Assembly: GCA_045634865.1 (NCBI GenBank)
Contig: JAZRBB010000002.1
Location: 5,088 to 69,087 of the forward strand
Direction of reading: 5' to 3'
Length of the DNA: 64,000 bases
Source of the DNA: Candidatus Enterousia sp.
Lineage (GTDB): Bacteria; Pseudomonadota; Alphaproteobacteria; Rs-D84
Both the position numbers and the translations under genes were made by a program. How positions within the stretch are numbered: position 1 is the first letter of the stretch; every line of letters begins with the position of its first letter. The notes under the pieces were generated by a model, which saw nothing but the letters and a program-made list of their open reading frames with translations, made no database searches and was not told the origin of the DNA. Positions 29,705 through 39,849 of the stretch are shown one piece after another.

Positions 29705-29947
29705 ATGACGCATGAAGATGTGTGGAGCGCAATAGAAAAATTTGCTACTGAACATAATATGTCGTGTTCTGGTTTAGCAAAATGTAGTGGTCTGGACCCG
29801 ACAACATTCAACAAAAGTAAACGTTGGTCAAAAGAAGGGCAACCCAGATGGCCATCGACAAACAGTATTTCCAAGATTTTATCTTCTACGGGTGCATCTT
29901 TGGAAGATTTTACTAAATTCATCCCATCACAAAACGTTGATAGATAA
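29705..29947 (+). CDS. stand-alone HTH domain resembling the N-terminal domain of alphaproteobacterial CI/LexA-like (S24) phage repressors; no peptidase domain
   Basis: VWSAIEKFATEHNMSCSGLAKCSGLDPTTFNKSKR...RWPSTNSISKILSSTGASLEDF matches the conserved N-terminal module of that repressor family; 80 aa only. Confidence 0.55.
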   Translation: MTHEDVWSAIEKFATEHNMSCSGLAKCSGLDPTTFNKSKRWSKEGQPRWPSTNSISKILSSTGASLEDFTKFIPSQNVDR

Positions 29948-30067
29948 AAATATGCCTGTATGTTTTTCAATGTGCAGGCATATAATTATGTTTTTCATCA
30001 TCCTCAATCAATTTTATATCATTAATAATATGTTGCACAAAGCCGTTTTATTGGATATCGTGTAAGT

Positions 30068-30487
30068 ATGATAGAGAACATAAAAGTTTATACATCTGAT
30101 AAATATTGGCGCCAAATTTTCACTGATTTGGGCATGGGTGTTGTGGCAACACCAAATCTGGCAGATGTTGTCTTTGACGATATCAATATCAAAACACCAA
30201 TTTCAATTATGGATTTGCAAGCGCTGATACTGAATCATTTTGATAATTCAGATATCATACATAAAATTTTTGGTAAAGATGTTGTGTTGTCCAATTTGCA
30301 ACGTAAATTGATAGTGTTCTTGTATAAAAACCCAGATATTACAATGCGTGAATTAAAGGTTGCTTTGGGTTTGTCGCCCGATATAACAACGCATGCGGTG
30401 GAAACTGCGGTCTATCAGTTGCGTAAAAAATACGGACATAACTTTATAATAAACGAAAATGGGAAATATAAAATTGGACGGTTATAA
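30068..30487 (+). CDS. winged-helix protein (OmpR/PhoB-type Trans_reg_C-like C-terminus)
   Basis: LQRKLIVFLYKNPDITMRELKVALGL....THAVETAVYQLRKKYGHNFIINENGKYKI resembles the Trans_reg_C effector domain; no receiver domain. Confidence 0.4.
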   Translation: MIENIKVYTSDKYWRQIFTDLGMGVVATPNLADVVFDDINIKTPISIMDLQALILNHFDNSDIIHKIFGKDVVLSNLQRKLIVFLYKNPDITMRELKVALGLSPDITTHAVETAVYQLRKKYGHNFIINENGKYKIGRL

Positions 30488-31139
30488 ACTGATGTCTTTC
30501 GGAAAAATATCCAGCACCCAAGATTTGGCGCTTGATTTGATTGTTCGGAATGAAGCATCTGATAAAACCGTTATCGTTGCAGAATCCCAAACTGCTGGGC
30601 GTGGTCGATACAAGCGTAAGTGGGTATCAAACACCGGTAATTTATATGCCAGTTTTATATATAAAATATCCGAACGTGATCCAAAGTTATCTTATGCGAT
30701 TGCCGTGGCTGTGGCTGAAACAATGATTCATTTTGGTATTAGCCCGCAAATTAAATGGCCAAACGATGTTTTAATAGATGGTAAAAAGATAAGCGGTATT
30801 TTGATTGAATATGCTGGCAACTTTGTAATTATTGGTATTGGAATAAATGTTGAAAGTTGTCCAACCAAAAATGAATATAAAACAACCAAAGTAAATGATT
30901 ATGTAAATGTATCTGTCCAAGATGTACTGAATATTTTGATAAAGAAAATAAATAAATGGCGCGATGCAGATTTTGCACTTGTTCGTGAACATTGGATGAA
31001 TATGGCGATGGCTATAAACAAAACGATAAAATATCAGGGCAAAGTCGCAGAATTAATAGGCTTGAACGAAAGTGGCGCATTGGTTTTGCGCTGTGGCGAG
31101 AAATATATTTTAACCTATGGCGATGAAATCTTTGTTTAA
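30459..31139 (+). CDS. birA: biotin--[acetyl-CoA-carboxylase] ligase (group I, no HTH)
   Basis: GRGRxGRxW-type motif QTAGRGRYKRKW; BPL catalytic domain. Confidence 0.85.
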   Translation: MGNIKLDGYKLMSFGKISSTQDLALDLIVRNEASDKTVIVAESQTAGRGRYKRKWVSNTGNLYASFIYKISERDPKLSYAIAVAVAETMIHFGISPQIKWPNDVLIDGKKISGILIEYAGNFVIIGIGINVESCPTKNEYKTTKVNDYVNVSVQDVLNILIKKINKWRDADFALVREHWMNMAMAINKTIKYQGKVAELIGLNESGALVLRCGEKYILTYGDEIFV

Positions 31140-31283
31140 TTGTCTTGACTTTTATGTCAATTTGTGATATTATATGAAACATCAAGAATAGAAATATTGT
31201 CCGCGTTGTGCGGATTTTTTTATTCTTTATTTGTGCCCATGCATTTTTATGCGTGGGCTTTTTTCAACTAAAACAGGTCAAAC

Positions 31284-31694
31284 ATGCAACTAACATTGAT
31301 TGAAAACCCAGATAATACAAAATCTGTATTATATAAATTGGCACGCATAGTTTATGCGGAAACATTGGCGTCATCTTTGCAAATCACAGAAGCAATGGCT
31401 TCAATGATTTATAATATTCATATTAAATATAATAAATCGTTTGAAGATATAGCAAACGATTCAGATTTATTTGAATCGCTGAACGAAACATCTGCGCGTC
31501 ATGAATATCTGAATGTTCCGGTGCCGGACAGAAAGTTTCAAATGTGTTTACGTGTCGTGCAAAAAATGATGCATGGTCATTTACGCGATTGTGTTTTTGG
31601 TGCAACAAATTTTCATCATTCAGATGTGATGCCACAATGGGCTGTTTCACGTGGTTATATTGCAGAGTTTGATGATGTTCTGTTTTATCTTTGA
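31284..31694 (+). CDS. SleB-like cell-wall hydrolase (phage/GTA-type endolysin)
   Basis: LARIVYAE...ATNFH motif of Hydrolase_2 family; first gene of the phage-like block. Confidence 0.65.
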   Translation: MQLTLIENPDNTKSVLYKLARIVYAETLASSLQITEAMASMIYNIHIKYNKSFEDIANDSDLFESLNETSARHEYLNVPVPDRKFQMCLRVVQKMMHGHLRDCVFGATNFHHSDVMPQWAVSRGYIAEFDDVLFYL

Positions 31695-31712
31695 TATAAA
31701 AAGGATTTCAAT

Positions 31713-31904
31713 ATGAATAAAATAATCAAAGGCGGATATTTAGCAGGACGTAAAACATACGTGATTTCTGCGGTTGGCATAATGTCTGCGATTGGCGCTT
31801 ATTTAATAGGCGAAGGCGATATATTTACAACATTGCAAACGATTTTCACGTTGGGCGGTATTTATTTTCTGAAACAAGAATCTTCAACACAAAGGAAAAA
31901 ATAA
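31713..31904 (+). CDS. small membrane protein (possible holin)
   Basis: 63 aa, two hydrophobic helices; adjacent to the endolysin-like gene. Confidence 0.35.
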   Translation: MNKIIKGGYLAGRKTYVISAVGIMSAIGAYLIGEGDIFTTLQTIFTLGGIYFLKQESSTQRKK

Positions 31905-32566
31905 TGGAACAGATACCAGAAAAATTTCTTGATGAAAACGGTGAATTAAATACATCTGCTTTGGTTAAATCATATTGTGAACTGGAAAAGAAGATGGGAA
32001 CAATGGTTTCTGTGCCAAATGAAAACAGTGATGATACAACAAAACAAAAATTTAATCATGCAATTGGTGTGCCTGATAATGCATCTGAATATCCAACCAA
32101 TTCATTACTTGATGACGAATCGGTTCGCGAAAAATTTCATGAAATTGGATTGACTTCTAAACAAGTTGAACAAATTTATAACATCGCTGAAGAATTTTTA
32201 CAACCAACAATAAATAATTTGTTTGCATTACAAACACAAACAAATGCAATAAATGAATTGAAAAATTTTTTTGGTGGAACAGAAAAAATGAACGAAGCAA
32301 TGAAAGCAATAAATGCATTCGGTGAAAAATTTTTGCCGACTGATGCGTTTGATGCATTGTGCTCTACACCCCAGGGAATCCAAGGGGTATACAAGATGAT
32401 GCAATCTTTAGAACCAGAAGTTTTGATGAATAAAAATGCAACAGAAAATCTTACTGATGATGATTTAAGAATGATGATGCGTGATCCAAAATATTGGCGT
32501 GATCATGATGAAGAGTATGTAAGAAAAATAGAAAATGGTTTCAAGAAATTATATTCACAAAAATGA
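31904..32566 (+). CDS. acidic alpha-helical protein, possible scaffolding protein (T7 gp9 position)
   Basis: Position immediately upstream of the capsid gene; acidic composition. Confidence 0.35.
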   Translation: MEQIPEKFLDENGELNTSALVKSYCELEKKMGTMVSVPNENSDDTTKQKFNHAIGVPDNASEYPTNSLLDDESVREKFHEIGLTSKQVEQIYNIAEEFLQPTINNLFALQTQTNAINELKNFFGGTEKMNEAMKAINAFGEKFLPTDAFDALCSTPQGIQGVYKMMQSLEPEVLMNKNATENLTDDDLRMMMRDPKYWRDHDEEYVRKIENGFKKLYSQK

Positions 32567-32659
32567 TTTTTATTCTTTACTATTTTATTTTATTCATATA
32601 AAATATAAATTAAGAACAAAATAATTTTGTTCTATCCAAAAACTTAAAAGGAGAGAATT

Positions 32660-32953
32660 ATGTTCTTTGGTTCTAAGAAAAAATGCACAGCTGCAAAACC
32701 AGCTGCAAAAAAAGTAGCAGTTAAAAAAGTTGCTGCTAAAAAACCAGCTGCAAAAAAAGTTGCTGCAAAGAAACCAGTTGCTAAGAAAGTAGCAGTTAAA
32801 AAACCTGTTGCAAAAAAAGTAGTTGCTAAAAAAGCACCTACAAAAAAAGTAGCAGTTAAAAAAGTTGCTGCTAAAAAACCAGCTGCAAAAAAAGTAGTTG
32901 CTAAAAAAGCACCTGCAAAAAAGGCTGTTAAAAAAGTTGCAAAGAAAAAATAA
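32660..32953 (+). CDS. histone H1-like lysine/alanine-rich repeat protein (tandem AAKKPAAKKV(A) units)
   Basis: 97 aa, about 14 tandem repeats of a 7-8 aa KK(P/V)AAKK unit; strong RBS aaaggagag; the 32644..32961 minus-strand ORF is its antisense mirror. Confidence 0.6.
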   Translation: MFFGSKKKCTAAKPAAKKVAVKKVAAKKPAAKKVAAKKPVAKKVAVKKPVAKKVVAKKAPTKKVAVKKVAAKKPAAKKVVAKKAPAKKAVKKVAKKK

Positions 32954-33190
32954 TAAATCAACGCATGTATGTGCGTAATGTTATTTTATCCCCGAAAATG
33001 TAGGTTTCGGGGATTTTTTTATGATGAATTATTCAGTTAGATTTCGTATCTAACTGAATTTTTTATTGGATAATCCGTTTGTGGACCCGTTTTATTTTGT
33101 TTGTGTGGCGCAATTTATTTGCATAACCATCAATCAAGATTTTATTGTCGCCCAATTGGGCAAACATAAACTTAAACAAAAGGATTTTAT

Positions 33191-34018
33191 ATGTCTATGT
33201 CTGTAGATCAAGTGTTTATAAAACAATTTGAAGCAGATGTTCATTTGGCTTATCAACAAATGGGCACAAAATTGCGTTCCACAATTCGCAGTAAAACTGG
33301 TGTTGTTGGAACATCAACAACTTTTCAGAAAGTTGGCAAAGGTATCGCCAGCACAAAATCGCGTCATGGTATTGTGCCAGTTATGAATCTAAATCACACA
33401 CCAGTAGAATGTACATTGCAAGATTACTATGCAGGTGATTGGATTGATGCATTGGATGAATTGAAAACAAACGTTGATGAACGTCGTGTTGTTGCGTCTG
33501 CTGGTGCATATGCTTTGGGTCGTAAAACAGATGAATTAATTATTGCGGCGATGAATACAGCAACTCAATACGTTGGTGATTATTCTACGGGCTTAACCAA
33601 AGCATTGATAATGTCAGCAATTGAAAAACTGAATACAAACGATGTTCCAGATGATGGTCGCAGATATGCAGTTGTTGGTGTTCATCAATGGAATGAATTG
33701 TTGGCTTTGGATGAATTTGTTTCTGCTGACTATGTTGGCGGTTCTACACCATTAATCGACGGCTGTGAATCCAGAAAATGGTTGGGTGTGAATTGGATTT
33801 TGTGCAACGCATTGCCTTTGGCAAGCGGTGATGATCGTGATTGCTTTATTTATCACGCTTCCAGCATTGGTCATGCATGTGGTCAAGAAGTTAAAACAGA
33901 TATTACATGGCATGGTGAACGTGCTGCACACTTTATCAGCAACAGCATGTCCCAGGGTGCTGTATTGATTGATGCAGAAGGAATTGTCCGTATTAAATGT
34001 GACGATGATGCTGCTTAA
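33191..34018 (+). CDS. T7-like (gp10-family) major capsid protein
   Basis: Collinear similarity to T7 gp10A blocks (VDERRVVASAGAYALGRKTDELIIAAM ~ YDVRSEYTSQLGESLAMAADGAVLAEI; C-terminal G.ESRKWLGVNWILCNALP ~ G.IRNVMGFEVVEVPHL). Confidence 0.65.
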   Translation: MSMSVDQVFIKQFEADVHLAYQQMGTKLRSTIRSKTGVVGTSTTFQKVGKGIASTKSRHGIVPVMNLNHTPVECTLQDYYAGDWIDALDELKTNVDERRVVASAGAYALGRKTDELIIAAMNTATQYVGDYSTGLTKALIMSAIEKLNTNDVPDDGRRYAVVGVHQWNELLALDEFVSADYVGGSTPLIDGCESRKWLGVNWILCNALPLASGDDRDCFIYHASSIGHACGQEVKTDITWHGERAAHFISNSMSQGAVLIDAEGIVRIKCDDDAA

Positions 34019-34041
34019 CATATAACCAAAAGGAAAATCAA

Positions 34042-34272
34042 ATGGCATTTCAAAACAAAAATTTATCTGTAATTGCGTATGCAAATGGTTTTACTCTGTG
34101 GCATTACAAAGCAAATGAAACATTGGCGACAATAACCGCATCGGGATACTTTTCCAGCGTGAACAGTTTGATGAATACTGGCGATATTATTTTAATCAAT
34201 GGTTCTAACGGAACAACAATGAAATCTATCGCTGTTTCAGATGGTGTTGTCACAGTTGCTTCGTTATCTTAA
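34042..34272 (+). CDS. small phage protein
   Basis: 76 aa, RBS; between the capsid and tail tube A genes. Confidence 0.3.
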   Translation: MAFQNKNLSVIAYANGFTLWHYKANETLATITASGYFSSVNSLMNTGDIILINGSNGTTMKSIAVSDGVVTVASLS

Positions 34273-34340
34273 TAAAATTGCAACAGAATAATTTGTAACG
34301 GGTCGATAATCGGCCCGTTTTATATTAAATAGGTAGAAAA

Positions 34341-34859
34341 ATGTTTACGAAAATAGATTTATGTTCTATGGCTTTGTTGAAATTAGGTGAAACACCAATT
34401 CAATCTTTGCGTGAAGAGTCTGTCAAAGCACAATTGGCCAGAACTTTGTTTGATTCCACAGTAGATACTTTGTTATCTATGTTTCCATGGCGATTTGCGA
34501 CTCAATCAATAGTGTTGAATAAAAATTCTGATGGCGATTTTATTATTCCATCTAATGTTTTAAGAATCATTAAATGTGATGGTAAAATTATTGGTAATAA
34601 AATCATAAATTCATCAGAAATAACAGAAATTATAGCGATTGTCCGCACAGAACCAGAATCTTTCCCTGGATATTTTGCAACTTTGGTCGCAACAAAATTA
34701 GCAGTAGAATTCAGCATTCCATTGATTGGTGATACAAATATATTCAATATGATGATGGCTTTGTATGAATCAGAATATCAATCTGCAAAATTCATAGACA
34801 GCACAACATCGAACCAAACAAATATTGATAACTTTTCTTTGATAAATTCCAGATTTTAA
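34341..34859 (+). CDS. T7 gp11-like tail tubular protein A
   Basis: N-terminus MALLKLGETPIQSLREESVKA ~ T7 gp11 [20 protein letters not shown]; size and gene order. Confidence 0.55.
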   Translation: MFTKIDLCSMALLKLGETPIQSLREESVKAQLARTLFDSTVDTLLSMFPWRFATQSIVLNKNSDGDFIIPSNVLRIIKCDGKIIGNKIINSSEITEIIAIVRTEPESFPGYFATLVATKLAVEFSIPLIGDTNIFNMMMALYESEYQSAKFIDSTTSNQTNIDNFSLINSRF

Positions 34860-34874
34860 TCAAAAGGATTTGAT

Positions 34875-36587
34875 ATGGGAAACTTTCTTAGTACACAAAA
34901 TATGTTTTCTTGTGGAGAAGTATCGCCAGAATTTTATGCAACACACAATATGCATGGACTGACAAAACTAGAAAATATGGATGTATTGCAATCTGGCGGA
35001 TTAAAACGTAGACCCGGACTGAAATCCGTAAAAACAATATCTGGCGAGTCAATTTTAATTCCGTTTATTGTTAACGATACGGAAAAATATCTGGTTTTGG
35101 TACGTGATTCAGCGATAGATATATACAGTAATGATGTAAAAATAAAATCTTTACCAGCCCCATGGGGAGTATCTGATTTCAAGAAGTTGCAATATGCACA
35201 GCGATTTAACAAATTATTTTTTGTGCACCCAAATTACAAGCCACGTGTGCTAACCAGAACAGACAACAATTTTAATATTGCTACATTTGTTTTCAAGGCC
35301 AATTCAGATGCCAGTGCCAATATGCCGTTTACACGCTTTGAAGACACAGAAGGTATGTCAATTACAATCAGTCATAGTGATATTGATAACAGTCATGCAG
35401 TATTTACTACAAGTGCAGATTTTTTTACAAATGCATCTGTGGGGCAAGTTTTATTGGTATTATCAAAACAATGGATTGTTCAGAGTGTTCAGAGTGCGCG
35501 TGTTGCAACGGTTTATACTAATGGTGGTTATACACTTCCGAATGCCCCGGTTTATGACTGGTACGAATGTGTTTTTTCTGATAAACGTGGTTGGCCATCT
35601 TGTGTATCATTTCATCAGAATCGACTGGTTTTTGCGGGGACTCCATCGGCTCCAAATGGAATATGGATGTCCAAGACTGGTGATTATTATAACTTTGATA
35701 CAGGAACTGGTTTAGATGACGATGCAATTTATACATCTTTGTTATCAGCGCAACATCATCAAATTTGCACAGTTGTAAGCAGTGATAAATTACAAATTTT
35801 GACATCACTAGGCGAATGGGCTATATCCAGTTCACCGTTAACCCCATCTTCTGTATCTATTAAACAACATACTTCTGTGGGGACTAATGCGGATATATAT
35901 TTGCCACCCCAACAAATAGAAGGAAGTACTGTGTTCGTTGCAAAGTCGGGTAAAGATATACGCGAACTAGATTTAGACGCATTGGGCGAAAACTATAATG
36001 CAACAGATTTATGTGCCTTGTCTAAACATTTGATGAATACACCTATCAGTATGGCATATAGCCAGCAAAAACATCGGTTATTCGTTGTTATGGATAGTGG
36101 TATTATGGCTGTATTAAATAAATATTCGGGAACAGATATTTCTGCATGGGGGACATACACCACAGACGGTAAATTCAAATATGTTTGTGTTTTTGATGAT
36201 GTTGTGTATGTGATAGTAAGCAGAAATGGTACTTATTCATTGGAAAAATTTGATGATACTTGCCTGTCAGATGCAGGGACATACGGTTTTTCGTATCGAA
36301 TATCTGCATTTCCAATGATAGTAAATGGGCATTGTCCAAAGAAAATTCGTATTCGGAAAGTGTCTTTGCGTGTAATGAATACAAAAACGTTATTTATAAA
36401 TGAACAACGTATTGAAATACCTAATCTTGTTTATACAGACGATAACCCTGGATACAGTGGAGATTTGTCTGTAAATATGTTGGGAACCCAAAACGAAACC
36501 ATGAAAGCATTGTGGTCTTTATCAAGCAGTGAACAATTACCAGCAACCATATTATCTATCAGTGTTGATGGCTGGTATTCAATATAA
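34875..36587 (+). CDS. T7 gp12-like tail tubular protein B (570 aa)
   Basis: Position after the gp11-like gene; large beta-rich protein; family assignment mostly by synteny. Confidence 0.45.
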   Translation: MGNFLSTQNMFSCGEVSPEFYATHNMHGLTKLENMDVLQSGGLKRRPGLKSVKTISGESILIPFIVNDTEKYLVLVRDSAIDIYSNDVKIKSLPAPWGVSDFKKLQYAQRFNKLFFVHPNYKPRVLTRTDNNFNIATFVFKANSDASANMPFTRFEDTEGMSITISHSDIDNSHAVFTTSADFFTNASVGQVLLVLSKQWIVQSVQSARVATVYTNGGYTLPNAPVYDWYECVFSDKRGWPSCVSFHQNRLVFAGTPSAPNGIWMSKTGDYYNFDTGTGLDDDAIYTSLLSAQHHQICTVVSSDKLQILTSLGEWAISSSPLTPSSVSIKQHTSVGTNADIYLPPQQIEGSTVFVAKSGKDIRELDLDALGENYNATDLCALSKHLMNTPISMAYSQQKHRLFVVMDSGIMAVLNKYSGTDISAWGTYTTDGKFKYVCVFDDVVYVIVSRNGTYSLEKFDDTCLSDAGTYGFSYRISAFPMIVNGHCPKKIRIRKVSLRVMNTKTLFINEQRIEIPNLVYTDDNPGYSGDLSVNMLGTQNETMKALWSLSSSEQLPATILSISVDGWYSI

Positions 36588-36617
36588 TTTTCAATTTAGT
36601 CCAAAGGAGATTTTAAC

Positions 36618-36965
36618 ATGGGACAGTTAGTGTCAGATGTGACAAAAGTGTTAGATTACAAAGAATCTAAGAAAAATGCAGAAAGCGAACGTCAAAAAAT
36701 TTTGGCAGCAATGGCAGAAGACGAAAAAGCAAAGAATAATCTAATAAAAAAAGTTTTAGCGCAGCAACGTGCTGTATATGGTGCGTCTGGTAATTCGGGT
36801 ACCAGTTTTTCTGAAAATGCAGTATTAAAACGTTTGCGTTCAGAAACAGCGGAATCTTATGATGAAAAATGTAAAAATAATTTGGATAAAATAAATAATC
36901 TGAAAGTCAAAAGACCAAATTTATTAAAAAGTTGGTTGGCAAAAATAGATAAAATAGCAGGATAG
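36618..36965 (+). CDS. small basic coiled-coil phage protein
   Basis: 115 aa; strong RBS aaaggag. Confidence 0.35.
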   Translation: MGQLVSDVTKVLDYKESKKNAESERQKILAAMAEDEKAKNNLIKKVLAQQRAVYGASGNSGTSFSENAVLKRLRSETAESYDEKCKNNLDKINNLKVKRPNLLKSWLAKIDKIAG

Positions 36966-36974
36966 GGGGCACAT

Positions 36975-37523
36975 ATGTATAAAATATCATATACCTCTGA
37001 TGGTGTAAGTACAGAATATACTTTTTCTTTTCCTTTTTTCCAAAACGCAGATATCAAAGTATCTGTTGATGATGTTGTATTAGATGACAATGATTACACA
37101 GTGACCCCAAATAGCAATTTTATTGGCGGAACAATTTGTTTAGCAAATGCACCACAATCTGGCAAACAAATAGATGTTTTCAGGCATGTGTCATTGAATA
37201 GGGTGATTGATTATCAGCCAACGCTGAAAATAGATCCAGAAGATTTAAATTCAGATTTCAATTTTTTGTTGGCGGTATGTCAAGATTTGCAAGATATTGA
37301 TATCGATGTTTCAGAGTGGGCAAATTTGCGTGACAACATTTTACCAAAAATTAATTATGTTATTGATACTATATCAGATAAAATGTCTGGTGGTGCGGTA
37401 TTGGGACTTTATAACAATTTGTTGAATGTTTTGGACGGCGCTTTGCCTCTGTTGATAAATGATTATGGATTAGTTTCTGAAGAAGCAGACAATGCAACCA
37501 GTGACGATTACGGCAGCATATAA
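36975..37523 (+). CDS. tail fibre protein, N-terminal tail-attachment domain only (T7 gp17 N-terminus-like)
   Basis: YKISYTSDGVSTEYTFSFPFF....KVSVDDVVL...DYTV......I.L.......IDVFRHVSLNRVIDYQPT parallels T7 gp17 residues 1-150; only 182 aa, no distal domain. Confidence 0.6.
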   Translation: MYKISYTSDGVSTEYTFSFPFFQNADIKVSVDDVVLDDNDYTVTPNSNFIGGTICLANAPQSGKQIDVFRHVSLNRVIDYQPTLKIDPEDLNSDFNFLLAVCQDLQDIDIDVSEWANLRDNILPKINYVIDTISDKMSGGAVLGLYNNLLNVLDGALPLLINDYGLVSEEADNATSDDYGSI

Positions 37524-38118
37524 TTTTCTGGATGCTTGGAATAATGTGTTGGGATTCCAGACACCAAAACACCATCGACAGATAATGGAATTTTTGACCG
37601 ATGTATTAAATAATGAACCACATCGTGGATTATTAAATGCTTTTCGGCATTCTGGGAAATCTACGGTTGTTGGGGTGTTTGCGGCATGTGTTTTATATCA
37701 CAGACCTGAAACCAGAATATTAATATTATCTGCAGAATCAAATTTAGCGTCGCGCATGGTTGCACATATTCGCAATATTTTGGAAAACCATCCTTGGTGC
37801 ACAGATATTTTACCAAAGGTAAAAAAAGAGTGGGGAACACATAAAATTACAATTAAACGTCCCATAGGAATTCGAGAACCGTCTGTTATATGCCAAGGAA
37901 TTTCCGGAAATATAACAGGTATGCGTTCTGATTTGATAATATGTGATGATGTAGAGGTGCCAAATACTTGTAATACCCGGCAGAAACGCGACAATTTGAG
38001 AGAAAGGCTACGTGAATTGGATTTTATTTTATCACCAAACGGAACAATGATTTACATAGGCACACCACATACCAAAGATACAATATACAAAACAGATCAA
38101 GATATATCAGATAATTGA
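37492..38118 (+). pseudogene. large terminase subunit, N-terminal ATPase part (gene interrupted after the ATPase domain)
   Basis: Walker A-like RHSGKST; ...LIICDDVEVPNTCNTRQKRD... IYIGTPH; frame terminates at 38118 where the insertion begins. Confidence 0.7.
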
Positions 38119-38745
38119 CATAAATGTACGTAATTTAGTCAGCAGTTCTTCACCTGCTTCACCGAACATGGGCAGGTATGTTTCGAATTCAAGCATATCT
38201 GCCTGAATTTGAGCGCGACTGCGGTCCGTCAAAGGTTCTGATGTTAGTCGTTTTGCGGTATCCCAAGTGCGATATGCCTTGTCAGTACGAGAAACCAAAT
38301 CCCATTTTGCCAGTAATTCATTATTATTTGCTAGCATTGGTTTAATACTATCAACCCAATCATGGCCGAACTTTTTTACAAAAGGTAATTGATTGATTTT
38401 GCTTAATCCTTCGGGGGTTGTTTCGAAATTATCCAAAGCAATTTGTAGTTGTTTGATTTCGTCTGGTGTCAAAGATGTTTCGGTTTCATGACCAAACATC
38501 ATGCCACCGTATGGTAATAAATCAACCTCTATAGAATCCATAGGTGTTTTGCCACTGCGCAGATTTTCAATATGTTTAACTAGTTTTGCACCGGTTGGCA
38601 GAGATGCCAAAGCGGTAATAACATTTTCATCATTGGATTCGCGCAAAAACACTTCGTTGACAGCCGCCCAACCGCCTTCTATGACATGTTCTTGGCGATA
38701 CAGATTCAGTAACCTTTGGGCTGTCACTAATGTGTGTTGTTGCAT
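38107..38745 (-). CDS. hypothetical protein (212 aa) within the terminase-interrupting segment
   Basis: Opposite strand to the phage structural genes; no family recognised. Confidence 0.4.
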   Translation of the reverse strand: MQQHTLVTAQRLLNLYRQEHVIEGGWAAVNEVFLRESNDENVITALASLPTGAKLVKHIENLRSGKTPMDSIEVDLLPYGGMMFGHETETSLTPDEIKQLQIALDNFETTPEGLSKINQLPFVKKFGHDWVDSIKPMLANNNELLAKWDLVSRTDKAYRTWDTAKRLTSEPLTDRSRAQIQADMLEFETYLPMFGEAGEELLTKLRTFMSII

Positions 38746-38773
38746 TTGTCCCTCCCTCTCTTATAGGATGTGG

Positions 38774-39781
38774 CTATTTCGTCAAAACCATTATAACCTT
38801 GTGCATGGTTTTGCCTGTCACTTTTTCATCTGGATTTGAAATATGGCCGTACAATTTGCCAGATGAATCTTTGCGGACAACTGCAATCTGGGCAGAAACA
38901 GTATCATTTTCAGTCAAAGAACTAAAATCAGCATCCACAATCACAGCCAAATCACCAACAGCAGGAGTAAGACTTGCATCTGCAAATACATAAGAATTTT
39001 CGGGTATAAAACCGCCCAGACGTTTAGAATTTGGTTCTATTGCGTAAACACAACAACAGCCCTCCAAAGAAACGGGGGCAACAATCATAGTTTCATCAGA
39101 TTTCTTGAATTTGATTGATTTTTCAGATGGTGTGCCGAACACAGGAACCAATTTTTTACGCGCATTATCATACAATTGTGCACCATATAAACCGCAGTTC
39201 ATATTCAAGCCAGATGCAGGATTGCAAGGTTCCAAAACCGCTTTGACACGTTCTTTAACTTTGTTCATTTGTTTATTTAATTCCCCAGAATTATACAATC
39301 TGGCAATTTCATCAAACAATTGAGATGCGGTATAACCAAAAACATTTGCCAAAGGCTCAATTTCATTTTCATAAACTTCACGTTGACCAACTTCAAGTTT
39401 ATGATAAACAGACAGAGTCATATTTGCTGCCTTCGCAGTTTCCGCAATGGTTTTATCTGCACGCTGACGGATTTTACGTAGACCGCTACCAAAAACTTTC
39501 AGACCGCTGTCTTCATTATCTGTTAAACGGCGTTTGATTTCATTTTGCCATTTATCTGCATACTTATCTGTTTCATGTATAAACAGGTCAGATAATTTGC
39601 AACCCAATATAGAGCACACATTTAACAATTGCTTTTGATTCAGGCGACGAACGCCTTTTTCAATTTTTGACACAGCAGACAAAGATAAATTTGCGCGTCT
39701 TGCTAATTCGGTCATACGCATCCCTTTGGATGCACGAATATTACGAATATTATTTGGAAAAATGATTTCTTCTTGGGCCAT
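38774..39781 (-). CDS. CI/LexA-like repressor: two tandem XRE-family HTH domains plus C-terminal S24-peptidase-like domain
   Basis: Start MAQEEIIF with perfect RBS aaggag; two HTH_3 units (RASKGMRMTELARRANLSLSAVSKIEKG and RQRADKTIAETAKAANMTLSVYHKLEVG); C-terminal beta-rich domain with LexA-like architecture. Confidence 0.6.
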   Translation of the reverse strand: MAQEEIIFPNNIRNIRASKGMRMTELARRANLSLSAVSKIEKGVRRLNQKQLLNVCSILGCKLSDLFIHETDKYADKWQNEIKRRLTDNEDSGLKVFGSGLRKIRQRADKTIAETAKAANMTLSVYHKLEVGQREVYENEIEPLANVFGYTASQLFDEIARLYNSGELNKQMNKVKERVKAVLEPCNPASGLNMNCGLYGAQLYDNARKKLVPVFGTPSEKSIKFKKSDETMIVAPVSLEGCCCVYAIEPNSKRLGGFIPENSYVFADASLTPAVGDLAVIVDADFSSLTENDTVSAQIAVVRKDSSGKLYGHISNPDEKVTGKTMHKVIMVLTK

Positions 39782-39849
39782 GATAAACTCCTTAAAGTAC
39801 TTTGACAAAATAATAGTCAATTTTTATAAAATTAGCAAGGAAAAATTTA

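Noticed and set aside
32644-32961. 105-aa minus-strand ORF made of F/A/T/G repeats
   Set aside because: Exact antisense of the KAAK-repeat gene. It has no RBS, and the plus-strand gene has a strong RBS and plausible basic-protein composition.
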